Positions 8,611 through 17,073 are shown, counted from the first letter of the stretch. The stretch: DNA of 20,000 nt from an uncultured virus (IMG/VR IMGVR_UViG_3300039159_000181) (IMGVR_UViG_3300039159_000181); one strand, 5' to 3'. Numbers and translations are program-made. The notes: generated by a model not told the origin, from the letters alone.

Positions 8611-10341
8611 CTACTCGTCCTTGTCAACTACGCGGCGAGAAGGAAGTTTCGTGCCGTACGCAGCCTCAACCAGACGCATTCGCAACTCTTGCTCGCTGCC
8701 GCCCAGGAGACCGTCAAGCTGGGCATCGACGGGGCTCGCGCCCTCCGCGGCGGGGCCAGCGATGCCGTCGCCGAGGACATCCCCGTCACCGAGCATCATC
8801 GGGTCCATCGGCATCGCGGTTCCGTCAGGGCCTGGCATCATTCCGGTGAGGTCCACAATGGTCTTCTGGATGAGGACCTTGACCAAGTTCAGCGCGCCAT
8901 CGGCCTCGGTGTCTTCGCGCAGTTCTTTACGGACTTCGGCCAGCTTCTCGTCCGGGAACTCGTTGCCCAGAAGACGCAGTGCGCCCTCTTTGGACTCAAG
9001 GCCCATCGACATCTTCATCTGCAGCTCGTTGAGCATGATGAGCTTATCGAGGGGTAGCGGGTCATTGAAGTGGGTGTAGGTCCGATACGTTATCGGGTCA
9101 TTGGGGTCAAGCTGAGTCAGTTGGCCATCTTTGAGGGGGCCATCCTCTTCTGGGTTGTAGGTAAGGACTTCAGGCTCTTTAACCGCAAGGGTCAGCATAA
9201 CCAGCTCGTTGACGCGCTCGATGCCCGCACCGTACTGCGCCGTCTTCTGCGACCAGCGGTTCATCAGCGGCTGGTACTGAATGCTCAGTGCCACGCCGGA
9301 GGTGTTGGAGATGGGCTGCATCTGGCCGAGGGCCGTCTCTGGCACATTCATCAGCTCGTGCATCGAGGTCTTGAGCATCCGAAGATACTCCATCGCTCCC
9401 GCAAGGCCGCTAGCGCCACCTTCGAGGTTGAACACCTGCGCGTCTTTAGGGAGACCTCCCCAGACCTTCTTGGCACCCTTTTCCAGGTTAGAGGCCTTCG
9501 CGCCCACGATAACGGTCACCGGAGCGGCGTGGTAGTTGACGATGTCTGCCACGTCGGTGGAGATTTCGTTGTAGGCGCGGTTCAGGGTGATGATGTCGTG
9601 TGCATCCGAAAGACCCCAGGGGGAGCCAGAGACGGGGATGTTGGGGATGTGGATAACGGGGATAAGACCCAGGGGGTTTGGTCGACTGTCGATGAGCTCA
9701 TCGTTGACATACTCTTCGATGATGTCGTCGGTGAGAATCTCGGTGTAGGTGAACACCTGGCGGGTGCCTTCGAGCGAGGTGCCCCAGAAGCGGTACTTCT
9801 GCTTGAAGCGCAGGAGGCGTGTCCGGTCGTGGGGGTGGAACTCGGGAAAAGCAAAGGCGGGGTTTAGCGGCAGGATACGGACCTTGCCGGGGTGCATGCG
9901 GCCAATGGAGTCAACCCACGGCTCCTCGTAGGCGACTTTGACGAAGGCATCTCCGGTGATGCCGCCAGTCTGCCCCAGCTCTGTGAGGACACGCATCTTG
10001 TCGTTGTCTTCTTCCCAGACCCGCTTCAGGCGGTCAGGGACAATAGCTTCGGTGGAGCGGGCACTGCGGAAGTGGATACCTGCGCCGAAAGTAAATCTAG
10101 TCAGGTAGTCGATAAATGCGCGGTAGTAGTTAACCGCAATCTGCATCTCGCCCTGTTCCCGGCGGTAACCCCAGTGGTGACCTAAGTACATGGCCCAGTT
10201 GAGGGAGTACCGGTTTAGCCGCGGGCCGTGGACTTCAAACTCTTCGTCCGCCAGCTCGACAAGGCCCAGGGGGGAAATGGAGATGGTGAGGTCAGAAGAA
10301 GCGGCCCTATAGGACGGGGGTGAGAAGTCTGCGAATGACAT
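8611..10341 (-). CDS. portal protein (SPP1 gp6-like)
   Basis: 576 aa. VNYYRAFIDYLTRFTFG, GITGDAFV, NPLGLIPVIHIPN, WGLSD and SNTSGVAL motifs; lies between terminase and scaffold. Confidence 0.9.
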   Translation of the reverse strand: MSFADFSPPSYRAASSDLTISISPLGLVELADEEFEVHGPRLNRYSLNWAMYLGHHWGYRREQGEMQIAVNYYRAFIDYLTRFTFGAGIHFRSARSTEAIVPDRLKRVWEEDNDKMRVLTELGQTGGITGDAFVKVAYEEPWVDSIGRMHPGKVRILPLNPAFAFPEFHPHDRTRLLRFKQKYRFWGTSLEGTRQVFTYTEILTDDIIEEYVNDELIDSRPNPLGLIPVIHIPNIPVSGSPWGLSDAHDIITLNRAYNEISTDVADIVNYHAAPVTVIVGAKASNLEKGAKKVWGGLPKDAQVFNLEGGASGLAGAMEYLRMLKTSMHELMNVPETALGQMQPISNTSGVALSIQYQPLMNRWSQKTAQYGAGIERVNELVMLTLAVKEPEVLTYNPEEDGPLKDGQLTQLDPNDPITYRTYTHFNDPLPLDKLIMLNELQMKMSMGLESKEGALRLLGNEFPDEKLAEVRKELREDTEADGALNLVKVLIQKTIVDLTGMMPGPDGTAMPMDPMMLGDGDVLGDGIAGPAAEGASPVDAQLDGLLGGSEQELRMRLVEAAYGTKLPSRRVVDKDE

Positions 10342-10484
10342 TAGGCCAAAACCTCGTTTATGTAGGGGCTAGAGAAGCAGGCTGCTCGCCGCATATTCGA
10401 CAGTACAGGCTGGCCAACGTGCGTACGGGGGTGAACCGTAGAGCTCTGCATCGCGGGGCTGGTCATCTGCGTCACGGCGTAGTG

Positions 10485-10739
10485 CTACTTCTTCTTGTCG
10501 TCTTTAGCGACAGCGTGTTCGCCGCCGTGGGCTTTCATCGCCTCTTTGCGTTTCTGCCACTGACGACCGAGCTTCTCTGCTTGGGCACGCGCGGTGGTGT
10601 CGATAAAACGCCCGCCGTACTTGACGTACTGCTCGTGGACCCAGTGACTTGCGGCAGGGGAGGGGTAGGTCTGGTACTTAGCCCGAGCCTGGGCTCCAAG
10701 GCTGGCCCAAAGCCTTTCGTTCGCAGGCTTTTGGGCCAC
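10485..10739 (-). CDS. small basic conserved phage protein
   Basis: GTG start with GGAGG SD; PAN..LW.....QARAKY..YPSPAASHWVHEQYVKYGGRF motif. Confidence 0.75.
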   Translation of the reverse strand: MAQKPANERLWASLGAQARAKYQTYPSPAASHWVHEQYVKYGGRFIDTTARAQAEKLGRQWQKRKEAMKAHGGEHAVAKDDKKK

Positions 10740-10756
10740 GGTTCCTCCAAGCAGAG

Positions 10757-10794
10757 GGTCACCCCGCCCGCCTGGTAGTGGGTGCGGGGTGACC
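10757..10794 (-). terminator. GC-rich intergenic hairpin (terminator or mRNA-stabilising)
   Basis: 11-bp stem ggtcaccccgc/gcggggtgacc just after the stop at 10806; weak U tail. Confidence 0.55.
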
Positions 10795-10805
10795 GGTGAG
10801 GCTAG

Positions 10806-11201
10806 TTAGTCCTGGACGACAGTCGGGTTGAGACGCGCGGTGCGGGCACCGGTGCGGGCAACAACTTCGACGACCTGCTCGGCGTAGTCCGTGAACGAGC
10901 CGTGTGCGAACTCCGCAAGGAAGGTAGGTGCCTCAATCCAGGCGGCGCTACCGACGTGGGCGCGCTCGCTGAGGGTCTCTGCGGCTGACTTCAGCCACAC
11001 AGGGGCGTTGCGGTTTGGACGGCCAGGAGCCGAAGCAAAACCGTTCATGATGCCGGTCTGGAAGTCGGTGGGGACATCCGTGTCGGTGGCAAGGCCCTCT
11101 TCAAAGCGCAGCGGTCCGCGGCGGTCGAGGTTGTCGGCAACCTTGAGCTCGTAGGTCTGGGGTGCGCGTTCCGGGAACATAGGTGCGGGGCCAATGCCCA
11201 T
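10806..11201 (-). CDS. conserved hypothetical, probably virion protein
   Basis: AAGGAG SD, strong codon bias, RRGPLRFEEGLATDTDVP motif; has its own promoter motif and a downstream hairpin. Confidence 0.8.
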   Translation of the reverse strand: MGIGPAPMFPERAPQTYELKVADNLDRRGPLRFEEGLATDTDVPTDFQTGIMNGFASAPGRPNRNAPVWLKSAAETLSERAHVGSAAWIEAPTFLAEFAHGSFTDYAEQVVEVVARTGARTARLNPTVVQD

Positions 11202-11246
11202 GGGGAAACTCCTTAGCTAGGTGAGAGTACTGCAATCTCTGTTCCA

Positions 11247-11281
11247 AGTTTGACGACCTGACGGAGGCTTTGGGGCCTAAA
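11247..11281 (-). promoter_or_regulatory. putative late promoter TTTAGG-N23-CAAACT
   Basis: Same boxes and spacing as the 5837 and 8555 sites. Confidence 0.6.
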
Positions 11282-11289
11282 CAGTCGGC

Positions 11290-12900
11290 TCAGCTAAAGA
11301 ACACGTTCGTTGTTGCTTCAATCTCCGGCATAACCAAATCGCGAGTCATGGAGCAGGCAATAGCGAGGGAGTCCACAAAGTCATCGTGGGCATGGGCCTC
11401 ATCCGGCGCGGCGACGGTGAAGGTATTGCCGCGGTACTTGACCTCAGCGTCCGTCAGCTGCTGAGTAAACCGCTTCCACATCCGCAGTCGCCGGGTCTTG
11501 GCGTGGGCGGGGTAGGACAACGCCTGGCGCTGAATAAGCGCCTGGAGGTGCTTGAAGCGTGTCGACTGTTCGCTGGAGCTGGAGGTCAGTGCAACGACCT
11601 GCGCACGGGGCATCAGTACTTTGAGCCGCTGGGCGACCGCGTCACCGACACCGTTGCCGTCGATTCCCACTGCTAGGACATCGTAGTTAGAGAGGAAGTT
11701 GACCATCTGGAAGTACTGCTCTTCCCAGTCATCGCCCTGTATCTCTAGCCAGTTGAGGATTCGGTGGTCGAAGTAGCCAAACTCATCGGGGCGGTCCCAG
11801 TCGACCCAGACCACAGTGACGACCGTAGAGTCGGCCTTTCGGGCGGGGTCGATACCGACAACAACGGGGGTCTTGTGCCAGACCTTGACGACCTCTTGGC
11901 TGGTGTCTCCCAGGGCTTCGAGGGCGGTCTGAGTCACGAACATCCCGCGCTCCAGCAGCCACTTACAGTTGTAGCTCATCTGGAACTCGTCGGAGTCCTC
12001 GCCAATGCGCAGCATCTCCTTGCGGATGAACTTCTGGTAGTTCTTGTTGACCTTAGCCACGTCGCGCCAATCCCACTGGAAGTGGTTCTGGCGCGCGCCT
12101 CGGCCCGTCTGCCGCCTCCGGTTGAGCTGGATAGCGCGGTAGAAGTTGTTCTTCGAGGTAGTTGGGGTCCCGGTCTTTATCATCGTCCCGGCGTAGTACG
12201 CCAGCATCGGGCTGATGGACTTCGACACAACGAAGTCATCGGCCTCTTGCGACTCGTCGATGACGATGACATGGAAGGACTTGGACTCAATCTTGGCGCG
12301 GGGGTTAGCGGTCATCATGGTCAGTGTCGAGCCGGACTTCTTCAGGCGAATCATCCGCGTTACTCCGCCGACTCGCTGTGCCTGGTCGTCAATCTCCGGG
12401 TCACCCAGGACATCGAGCGCCTGCTCGGACGTCAGCCGAGTAACTGTGCGGCTAAAGAGGGTCTCCGCCTGCGACTCGGTGGGTGCAAACATCCCTACCC
12501 AGAGGCCATCTTTAAACTTCCCCAGCAATTCGGGGTAGAGACTTGCCAGCAGAGGCAGGATGACCATAAGGGTTGCCAGGACATCGGATACGGTCTCGGT
12601 CTTGCCGGACTGGCGCGCCGCCAGTGCGGTGATTTCTTCACCGTCGTTGATGAGTATGGACTCGATGATGCGCCGAGCGAGGGGCTTTTGGTAAACATGC
12701 AGGTCGTGGCCGACCATCACGACCATAAACGCCATTATCTTGTCGATAAGTTTGGCTACAAACTCCCGGGAGAGTTCATCTTCAGGCTCCTCCTCGAAGT
12801 CTTCTCCCTCGACATGCTCTGCGTAGAACTCCGGGGTTATCTCCTCGAACTGGTCTTCAAGTCCATCGAGAACTTCGTCTTCAGTAGGGTCAGAACTCAC
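11290..12900 (-). CDS. terL: terminase large subunit
   Basis: Walker A AARQSGKT, Walker B VIVIDESQ, coupling motif TGTP, and RNase H-like nuclease motifs VGIDPAR and HDDFVDSLA. Confidence 0.95.
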   Translation of the reverse strand: MSSDPTEDEVLDGLEDQFEEITPEFYAEHVEGEDFEEEPEDELSREFVAKLIDKIMAFMVVMVGHDLHVYQKPLARRIIESILINDGEEITALAARQSGKTETVSDVLATLMVILPLLASLYPELLGKFKDGLWVGMFAPTESQAETLFSRTVTRLTSEQALDVLGDPEIDDQAQRVGGVTRMIRLKKSGSTLTMMTANPRAKIESKSFHVIVIDESQEADDFVVSKSISPMLAYYAGTMIKTGTPTTSKNNFYRAIQLNRRRQTGRGARQNHFQWDWRDVAKVNKNYQKFIRKEMLRIGEDSDEFQMSYNCKWLLERGMFVTQTALEALGDTSQEVVKVWHKTPVVVGIDPARKADSTVVTVVWVDWDRPDEFGYFDHRILNWLEIQGDDWEEQYFQMVNFLSNYDVLAVGIDGNGVGDAVAQRLKVLMPRAQVVALTSSSSEQSTRFKHLQALIQRQALSYPAHAKTRRLRMWKRFTQQLTDAEVKYRGNTFTVAAPDEAHAHDDFVDSLAIACSMTRDLVMPEIEATTNVFFS

Positions 12901-13129
12901 GGGCGCGTCGCTTTAGCTCTCGTGTAATAGCCAGCAGTGCCTCAGCACCCATCTCCGCTTCGGAGAGCATCGCCTCGTCGTTGTTTCGACTGCCATGCAC
13001 AATGTTTTTTCCGATGGCAAAGAGGGCATTCTCGCCCCACACCGCAAGCTCAGAGGTCGGGATACCCGCTATCCGCTTCTCCAGCCGAGTCTGGGGCGGG
13101 GGTCCAGCCTTTGTCTTCGTGAAAATCAT
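12890..13129 (-). CDS. hypothetical helical protein immediately upstream of terL
   Basis: Likely start ATG 13127-13129 (MIFTKTK...). Overlaps the terL start and the end of the upstream gene. Confidence 0.65.
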   Translation of the reverse strand: MIFTKTKAGPPPQTRLEKRIAGIPTSELAVWGENALFAIGKNIVHGSRNNDEAMLSEAEMGAEALLAITRELKRRAREF

Positions 13130-13379
13130 TATCAGTAAGGTCCCGTCGTTGAATGGCCCGGTTGAGTGCTTCTTCTTCTGGTAACTGCCCTGTCCAGCGC
13201 CCGAAGGCAAGAGCTCGGTGGCGTGGCAGGCGCACGATGATGGGCTCAGAAGTGCGGAAAGGCTCTTCTATCTCCTGCGTCCAGCCACGTACCCAAACCT
13301 TAGCTCCCCACTTAACGGGAAACCGCAGAAACTGAATGAAGTACTTGTTGTCGACGCCGTAGTCGTGGGTAACGGGCAT
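13050..13379 (-). CDS. hypothetical protein
   Basis: 109-aa ORF 4 nt after the KTSC gene; GWTQEIEEPFRTSEPIIVRLP motif. Confidence 0.75.
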   Translation of the reverse strand: MPVTHDYGVDNKYFIQFLRFPVKWGAKVWVRGWTQEIEEPFRTSEPIIVRLPRHRALAFGRWTGQLPEEEALNRAIQRRDLTDNDFHEDKGWTPAPDSAGEADSGYPDL

Positions 13380-13383
13380 TGTG

Positions 13384-14271
13384 CTAGGGGTTCTTTCGTC
13401 GTCCGGTCTTTTGTGCGGGGTTCTTGCCCGAAGTTGCAGCGGGGTTCTTGCCCTGACGATACGCGACTTGCTGCGCCCGCGGTTGCCGATTAGGTCGGAT
13501 ACCCTGATTGCCCTGGTACAGAATCTGGTTCGTCCGAGAGACTCGGTAAAACAGCTCTTGGGCCTTCTCCGACAGGTAGCTCATATCGGCGTAGCCGCGG
13601 GGCTTAGAGTTCAACTTCTCGAAAATGTACTTGCCCTTGCTTTTGGCAGCTTTGAAGGCAGTCCACATCTGGTACGCGACGCTGTAGTAGTTGTAGAAGG
13701 TGCCATCCCGGAACACCACCGTGAGGGTCTGCCGCTCACGGTCATACCCGGCAGCAACCGTTCTCGGCCTGCGGGGGTTTGTGGTGGAGGTGGGCCGCAC
13801 CGTAAGGGCAGCGGGGCCGTTTTCGTGATTGCGGGGGTCAGCAGCCCTGTTTGGGTACTTATCGTTGGGCGAGTAGAACAAGCCAGCGGTCTGGTCAAAG
13901 CCCATGCCCTCCGCTTCAGGCCGGTCCTGCAGTACTGCGTATGCCTCCGTGACGCGGTTATTCTCTCCGTAACGCCGCAAGGTTGCACGGTAGTTTGTTG
14001 TGCGGGCAAACTCTCCGCGCCCTGAGGCAATGGGCAACGCGGCGGCAAACGACTCATCAATGACGTCTCGGTTGCGTAGACGCGTGGGTGCTGGAACGCC
14101 CTTAGGAGCAACGTGGCTCTGCTGCGTTGCTCGGAAAGCCTCTTCGGCTACCCCGCGGTTGAATCCGTAGATACGGTTCCGGGGGTCTGACCTGTTTAAG
14201 CGCTCTGCTGTGCTTTCCGCTTCCTGCCGCGAGGGGCGGGAGGGTGGCATATTGGCGGGCACTTGTGCCAT
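13384..14271 (-). CDS. KTSC domain-containing basic protein
   Basis: TVAAGYDRERQTLTVVFRDGTFYNYYSV...WTAFKAAKSKGKYI is a KTSC signature. Confidence 0.85.
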   Translation of the reverse strand: MAQVPANMPPSRPSRQEAESTAERLNRSDPRNRIYGFNRGVAEEAFRATQQSHVAPKGVPAPTRLRNRDVIDESFAAALPIASGRGEFARTTNYRATLRRYGENNRVTEAYAVLQDRPEAEGMGFDQTAGLFYSPNDKYPNRAADPRNHENGPAALTVRPTSTTNPRRPRTVAAGYDRERQTLTVVFRDGTFYNYYSVAYQMWTAFKAAKSKGKYIFEKLNSKPRGYADMSYLSEKAQELFYRVSRTNQILYQGNQGIRPNRQPRAQQVAYRQGKNPAATSGKNPAQKTGRRKNP

Positions 14272-14292
14272 TGGTCAAACCCCCGGAGAGTG

Positions 14293-14325
14293 AGCGGAGC
14301 TATACGTCTGCGGTATAGCTCCGCT
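14293..14325 (-). terminator. perfect 13-bp intergenic hairpin
   Basis: agcggagctatac/gtatagctccgct, 7 nt after the stop at 14333; no U tail. Confidence 0.6.
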
Positions 14326-14332
14326 GGGTGTG

Positions 14333-14986
14333 TTAGGCGTACGCGACAACCGTGACAGCAGCTCCGACCGCAACCAAGTCAGCTCCAGCAGCAAGGCTCT
14401 GGCTCTTGACGGTTCCCGAGACACCGGCGACGGTGCCTGCAGTCAGACCCGAACCCGAAAGGGCGGTGCTGGCTGACGACACGAAGGTCACGCTGTTGGT
14501 GGCGTTGGCGGTAACGATGTACGAACCGTTGAGGCCACTGTTCGGTGCTGCCAAATCGGCAACCACGATGGAGGTCCCGACGGGGAATGCCGCGCCTGCA
14601 CCGGCGGCGGTGAGGGTAGCGTTGGCGCTTCCCGCGGTCCGCGTCAGGGCAGTGATGTTGATGGTTGGGTTAGCCGCGGCAGTGCCGACGGTGACGACGA
14701 GTCCAGCATCGACCAGTGCGCCGCTGGCGCGGACCAGAGTAAGGCCGAGGATTCCAGGAACGATAATGTAGCCATCGCCCTCTGCACCAGCAGCACCGGG
14801 GTTGTACTGTGGGTAGCCGTTCCAGCCCTCGTACGCGATGACGTGGTTGTCGAGTGTGGGGTCCAGAAGTCCCCCGCCGTTTTCGGTGCGGACGTCGTTT
14901 GGCTGCATTGGGACGTTGCCCCAGACATGGTCGACGGCCACGTTTCCGCCACTGTCCAGCAAGTTGCCGTTATCGTTGACTGCCAT
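14333..14986 (-). CDS. putative virion protein with an interrupted PASTA-like domain
   Basis: VPGILGLTLVRASGALVDAGL ... GTVKSQSLAAGADLVAVGAAVTVV look like the two halves of a PASTA domain. AGGA SD, strong codon bias. Confidence 0.65.
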   Translation of the reverse strand: MAVNDNGNLLDSGGNVAVDHVWGNVPMQPNDVRTENGGGLLDPTLDNHVIAYEGWNGYPQYNPGAAGAEGDGYIIVPGILGLTLVRASGALVDAGLVVTVGTAAANPTINITALTRTAGSANATLTAAGAGAAFPVGTSIVVADLAAPNSGLNGSYIVTANATNSVTFVSSASTALSGSGLTAGTVAGVSGTVKSQSLAAGADLVAVGAAVTVVAYA

Positions 14987-15039
14987 GGTGTTTCCTATTC
15001 TCTAGAGGTGAGGGTGCTCCCCTGCGCGCGCTAGGGGAC

Positions 15040-15279
15040 CTAGACGTTGTCGTCGCACAGGTGAGAGGAAAGACCCTCCTCGTACATGACATCGCCGCAG
15101 TACTTACAACGGTACATGCGTACGTCGTCCAGCGCTTCGTGTAGCGAATCTGAATGCTCTTCTTCGTCGTAAACTACGCGGCCCTGCGCAAGAACTTCTG
15201 GCGGGAAAGGTCCTCGGGGGGAGTGCGCAGTACGTGGAATAGCGTGCCCCTGGACGGCAAACTTCCGAATGATAGGCAT
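15040..15279 (-). CDS. small protein with a C-terminal CxxC...HxC zinc finger; probably leaderless
   Basis: YRCKYCG...SHLC. ATG 15277-15279 lies 6 nt after TATGCT and has no clear SD at normal spacing. Confidence 0.75.
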   Translation of the reverse strand: MPIIRKFAVQGHAIPRTAHSPRGPFPPEVLAQGRVVYDEEEHSDSLHEALDDVRMYRCKYCGDVMYEEGLSSHLCDDNV

Positions 15280-15309
15280 AGCTCCAGCATACTCCGACAG
15301 AAACAGCAA

Positions 15310-15334
15310 GACCCCCCTACACAGTAGGAGGGTC
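15310..15334 (-). terminator. intrinsic terminator after the CESCQ micro-ORF
   Basis: Minus strand GACCCTCCTAC-TGT-GTAGGGGGGTC followed by TTGCTGTTTCT. Confidence 0.7.
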
Positions 15335-15351
15335 CGCGGGGGTGATGCTAG

Positions 15352-15435
15352 TTACTGGCAGCTCTCACACTGCAGCTCGTCCATGGGGTCGTTTGGGACG
15401 TAGTACCCACCAACGGTTTCAGTCTTGGGGTCCAT
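15352..15435 (-). CDS. 27-aa microprotein MDPKTETVGGYYVPNDPMDELQCESCQ, resembling the RNR alpha C-terminal CxxC tail
   Basis: Translated by hand. GAGGAG SD 10 nt before the ATG; overlaps the upstream stop; TAA followed by a terminator. Confidence 0.75.
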   Translation of the reverse strand: MDPKTETVGGYYVPNDPMDELQCESCQ

Positions 15436-15766
15436 CGGGGGTAGTCTCCTCTGTTTCGGTGGTTTCAGAAGTACCAGTATCCCCCACTACGGGGTCCGAT
15501 GCTTCTACCATCAGAGGCTTTTTAGCTACTACTTTGCGGGACTTTGCCTTCGGCGCAGCGGGTTCAGGCGAAAGCTTGCTGAGGGCTTCAGCCTTAATGA
15601 GGTCATGCCCTTCAGTCCTCACCACGAGAGTTACCGGAGCTCCGTTTTGGCGCAAGAAGCTGGGTAGGTGCTTCCCGCAGAAGTGCTGTGCGAAGTCCGC
15701 CGTCAGGATGTAGGAGTAGAGCGCGCCTTCAGGGCAGTTGGCGCAGACGAGGTTGAGGTCAGTCAC
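15419..15766 (-). CDS. small protein with an N-terminal CxxC...CxxH zinc finger and a disordered tail
   Basis: CANC...FCGKHLP; GTGA overlap with the upstream gene. Confidence 0.75.
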   Translation of the reverse strand: MTDLNLVCANCPEGALYSYILTADFAQHFCGKHLPSFLRQNGAPVTLVVRTEGHDLIKAEALSKLSPEPAAPKAKSRKVVAKKPLMVEASDPVVGDTGTSETTETEETTPDGPQD

Positions 15767-15921
15767 GATACATCTCGCTTTCTTGACACGACTCTGGCCG
15801 TACCAATGGTTTCTCCGGGTTTACGGGGGTTCGACTGCGCCACACTCAGGGTGCGGTTCTTGTTCGGCTTCGGGGGCTCGTAGAGGCGAACGGGAAGCTG
15901 TCGTCGGGCGGCGCTATCCAT
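15763..15921 (-). CDS. small basic hypothetical protein (52 aa, MDSAARRQLP...)
   Basis: ATG 15919-15921 overlaps the end of the upstream gene, and the stop overlaps the next GTG. Confidence 0.6.
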   Translation of the reverse strand: MDSAARRQLPVRLYEPPKPNKNRTLSVAQSNPRKPGETIGTARVVSRKRDVS

Positions 15922-16624
15922 TGCCGCCGGGGGATGCCCCGCCTCGTTGGTTCGGCTTTTTGGGCGCGGCCTGGATAGGCGCTTTGGTGGCGGCAGTCTT
16001 TCCCGCGGTGAGCTTGCGGGGAGTGCTCTCGGGAGTTTTCTTGGTGGGACTGCCTGCAGCTTTGACTGCAATCTTTCCCACAGTTACGGCTGCAGCCTTG
16101 GCGGCTCCGGATTTCCCCCCGGTGGCGGCACCGAGGGCGGCTGCGCCTGCAACTATGGCTACGTTTTTGGCGACATTGCGGGCGGCGGCAGCGCGAACGC
16201 CCGCGGCGCGGCCCTCTTGCGTAGCGGGAGCGTTCTTGGTCGAAGCTGCGCGAGCGCGGCTGCGGGGAGGTGCGCCAAAAGTCGCGGAGAACTCTCCTGA
16301 AGGACCCCCTTGGAGGTTCTTCATCCCGGTGGCCTTGCCCTTGTCGAGCATCGCCATGGTGTGGCTCTGGTTTTGCGCGGTCTGCGCCATGGTGTGTCCG
16401 TGCGCCTGGTCAGCACGTTCCATGTTCTGCTGGTGCTCCTGGCTTGCTAGCTGCGAGGAGACATGCCCCAGAGTGCGGATGGTCTTATCGTCCAAGCCGG
16501 TGTTGTGGGCGGTGGCGGATTCCCGGAACCGCTGGATACGGCCAATAAGGCTCGGTCCTGGGTTTGCAAGCCCAGCGGCGGGCAGTCCACGGTTCTGCGC
16601 GGCGTCGTATCGGGGGTCAGCCAT
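15914..16624 (-). CDS. low-complexity Ala/Lys-rich protein (possible internal virion protein)
   Basis: 236 aa, TAATG coupling, histone H1-like A/K/P-rich C-terminal half. Confidence 0.7.
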   Translation of the reverse strand: MADPRYDAAQNRGLPAAGLANPGPSLIGRIQRFRESATAHNTGLDDKTIRTLGHVSSQLASQEHQQNMERADQAHGHTMAQTAQNQSHTMAMLDKGKATGMKNLQGGPSGEFSATFGAPPRSRARAASTKNAPATQEGRAAGVRAAAARNVAKNVAIVAGAAALGAATGGKSGAAKAAAVTVGKIAVKAAGSPTKKTPESTPRKLTAGKTAATKAPIQAAPKKPNQRGGASPGGNG

Positions 16625-17061
16625 TATGCGGTCCTTTTAGGTTGGCGGGCGTAAGAATTGAGGTGCGCGTCGTGCTCTTTGAGTGCTGCCTCGGTCTTAC
16701 GGAGGCGGGCATCAATGTCGGCCAATGCCGTGGCCGAGCTCGTAACTTGGGCGATGAGGTCGGCCTGCATCTCTACAACTTCTTCAAGCTTCTCTTCGAT
16801 GCGGTGAACTGCGTCCTTCATTGTCGAGCCCCCATTTCGCTTTAACTCACCGTCTAACCGATTAAGGCGCTCCATCACCCCCGGGACGCGGTCTCGACCC
16901 GGTTCGCCGTCCTCACCCACCCAGTCTCGCAAGAAGTGGTCAAGGGCCTGCCGTCGACGCAATACGCGTCGGATAGCAGGGACAAACAGCAGGGTAATAA
17001 GCCCTCCCAGGGAGGTAATAATTCCCAGCACTGTTGCGGTGACCTGGAGCTCTAGGGACAT
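16624..17061 (-). CDS. membrane protein with an N-terminal TM helix and a coiled coil
   Basis: TM segment TATVLGIITSLGGLITLLFVP; ELKRNGGSTMKDAVHRIE motif typical of actinophage membrane proteins. Confidence 0.8.
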   Translation of the reverse strand: MSLELQVTATVLGIITSLGGLITLLFVPAIRRVLRRRQALDHFLRDWVGEDGEPGRDRVPGVMERLNRLDGELKRNGGSTMKDAVHRIEEKLEEVVEMQADLIAQVTSSATALADIDARLRKTEAALKEHDAHLNSYARQPKRTA

Positions 17062-17073
17062 TGGTCACATTCC

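Noticed and set aside
11764..12927. 387-aa plus-strand ORF, and similar ones at 9070-9867, 6986-7564, 4183-4896 and 15738-16640
   Set aside because: Antisense shadows of high-GC minus-strand genes, with no recognisable motifs.
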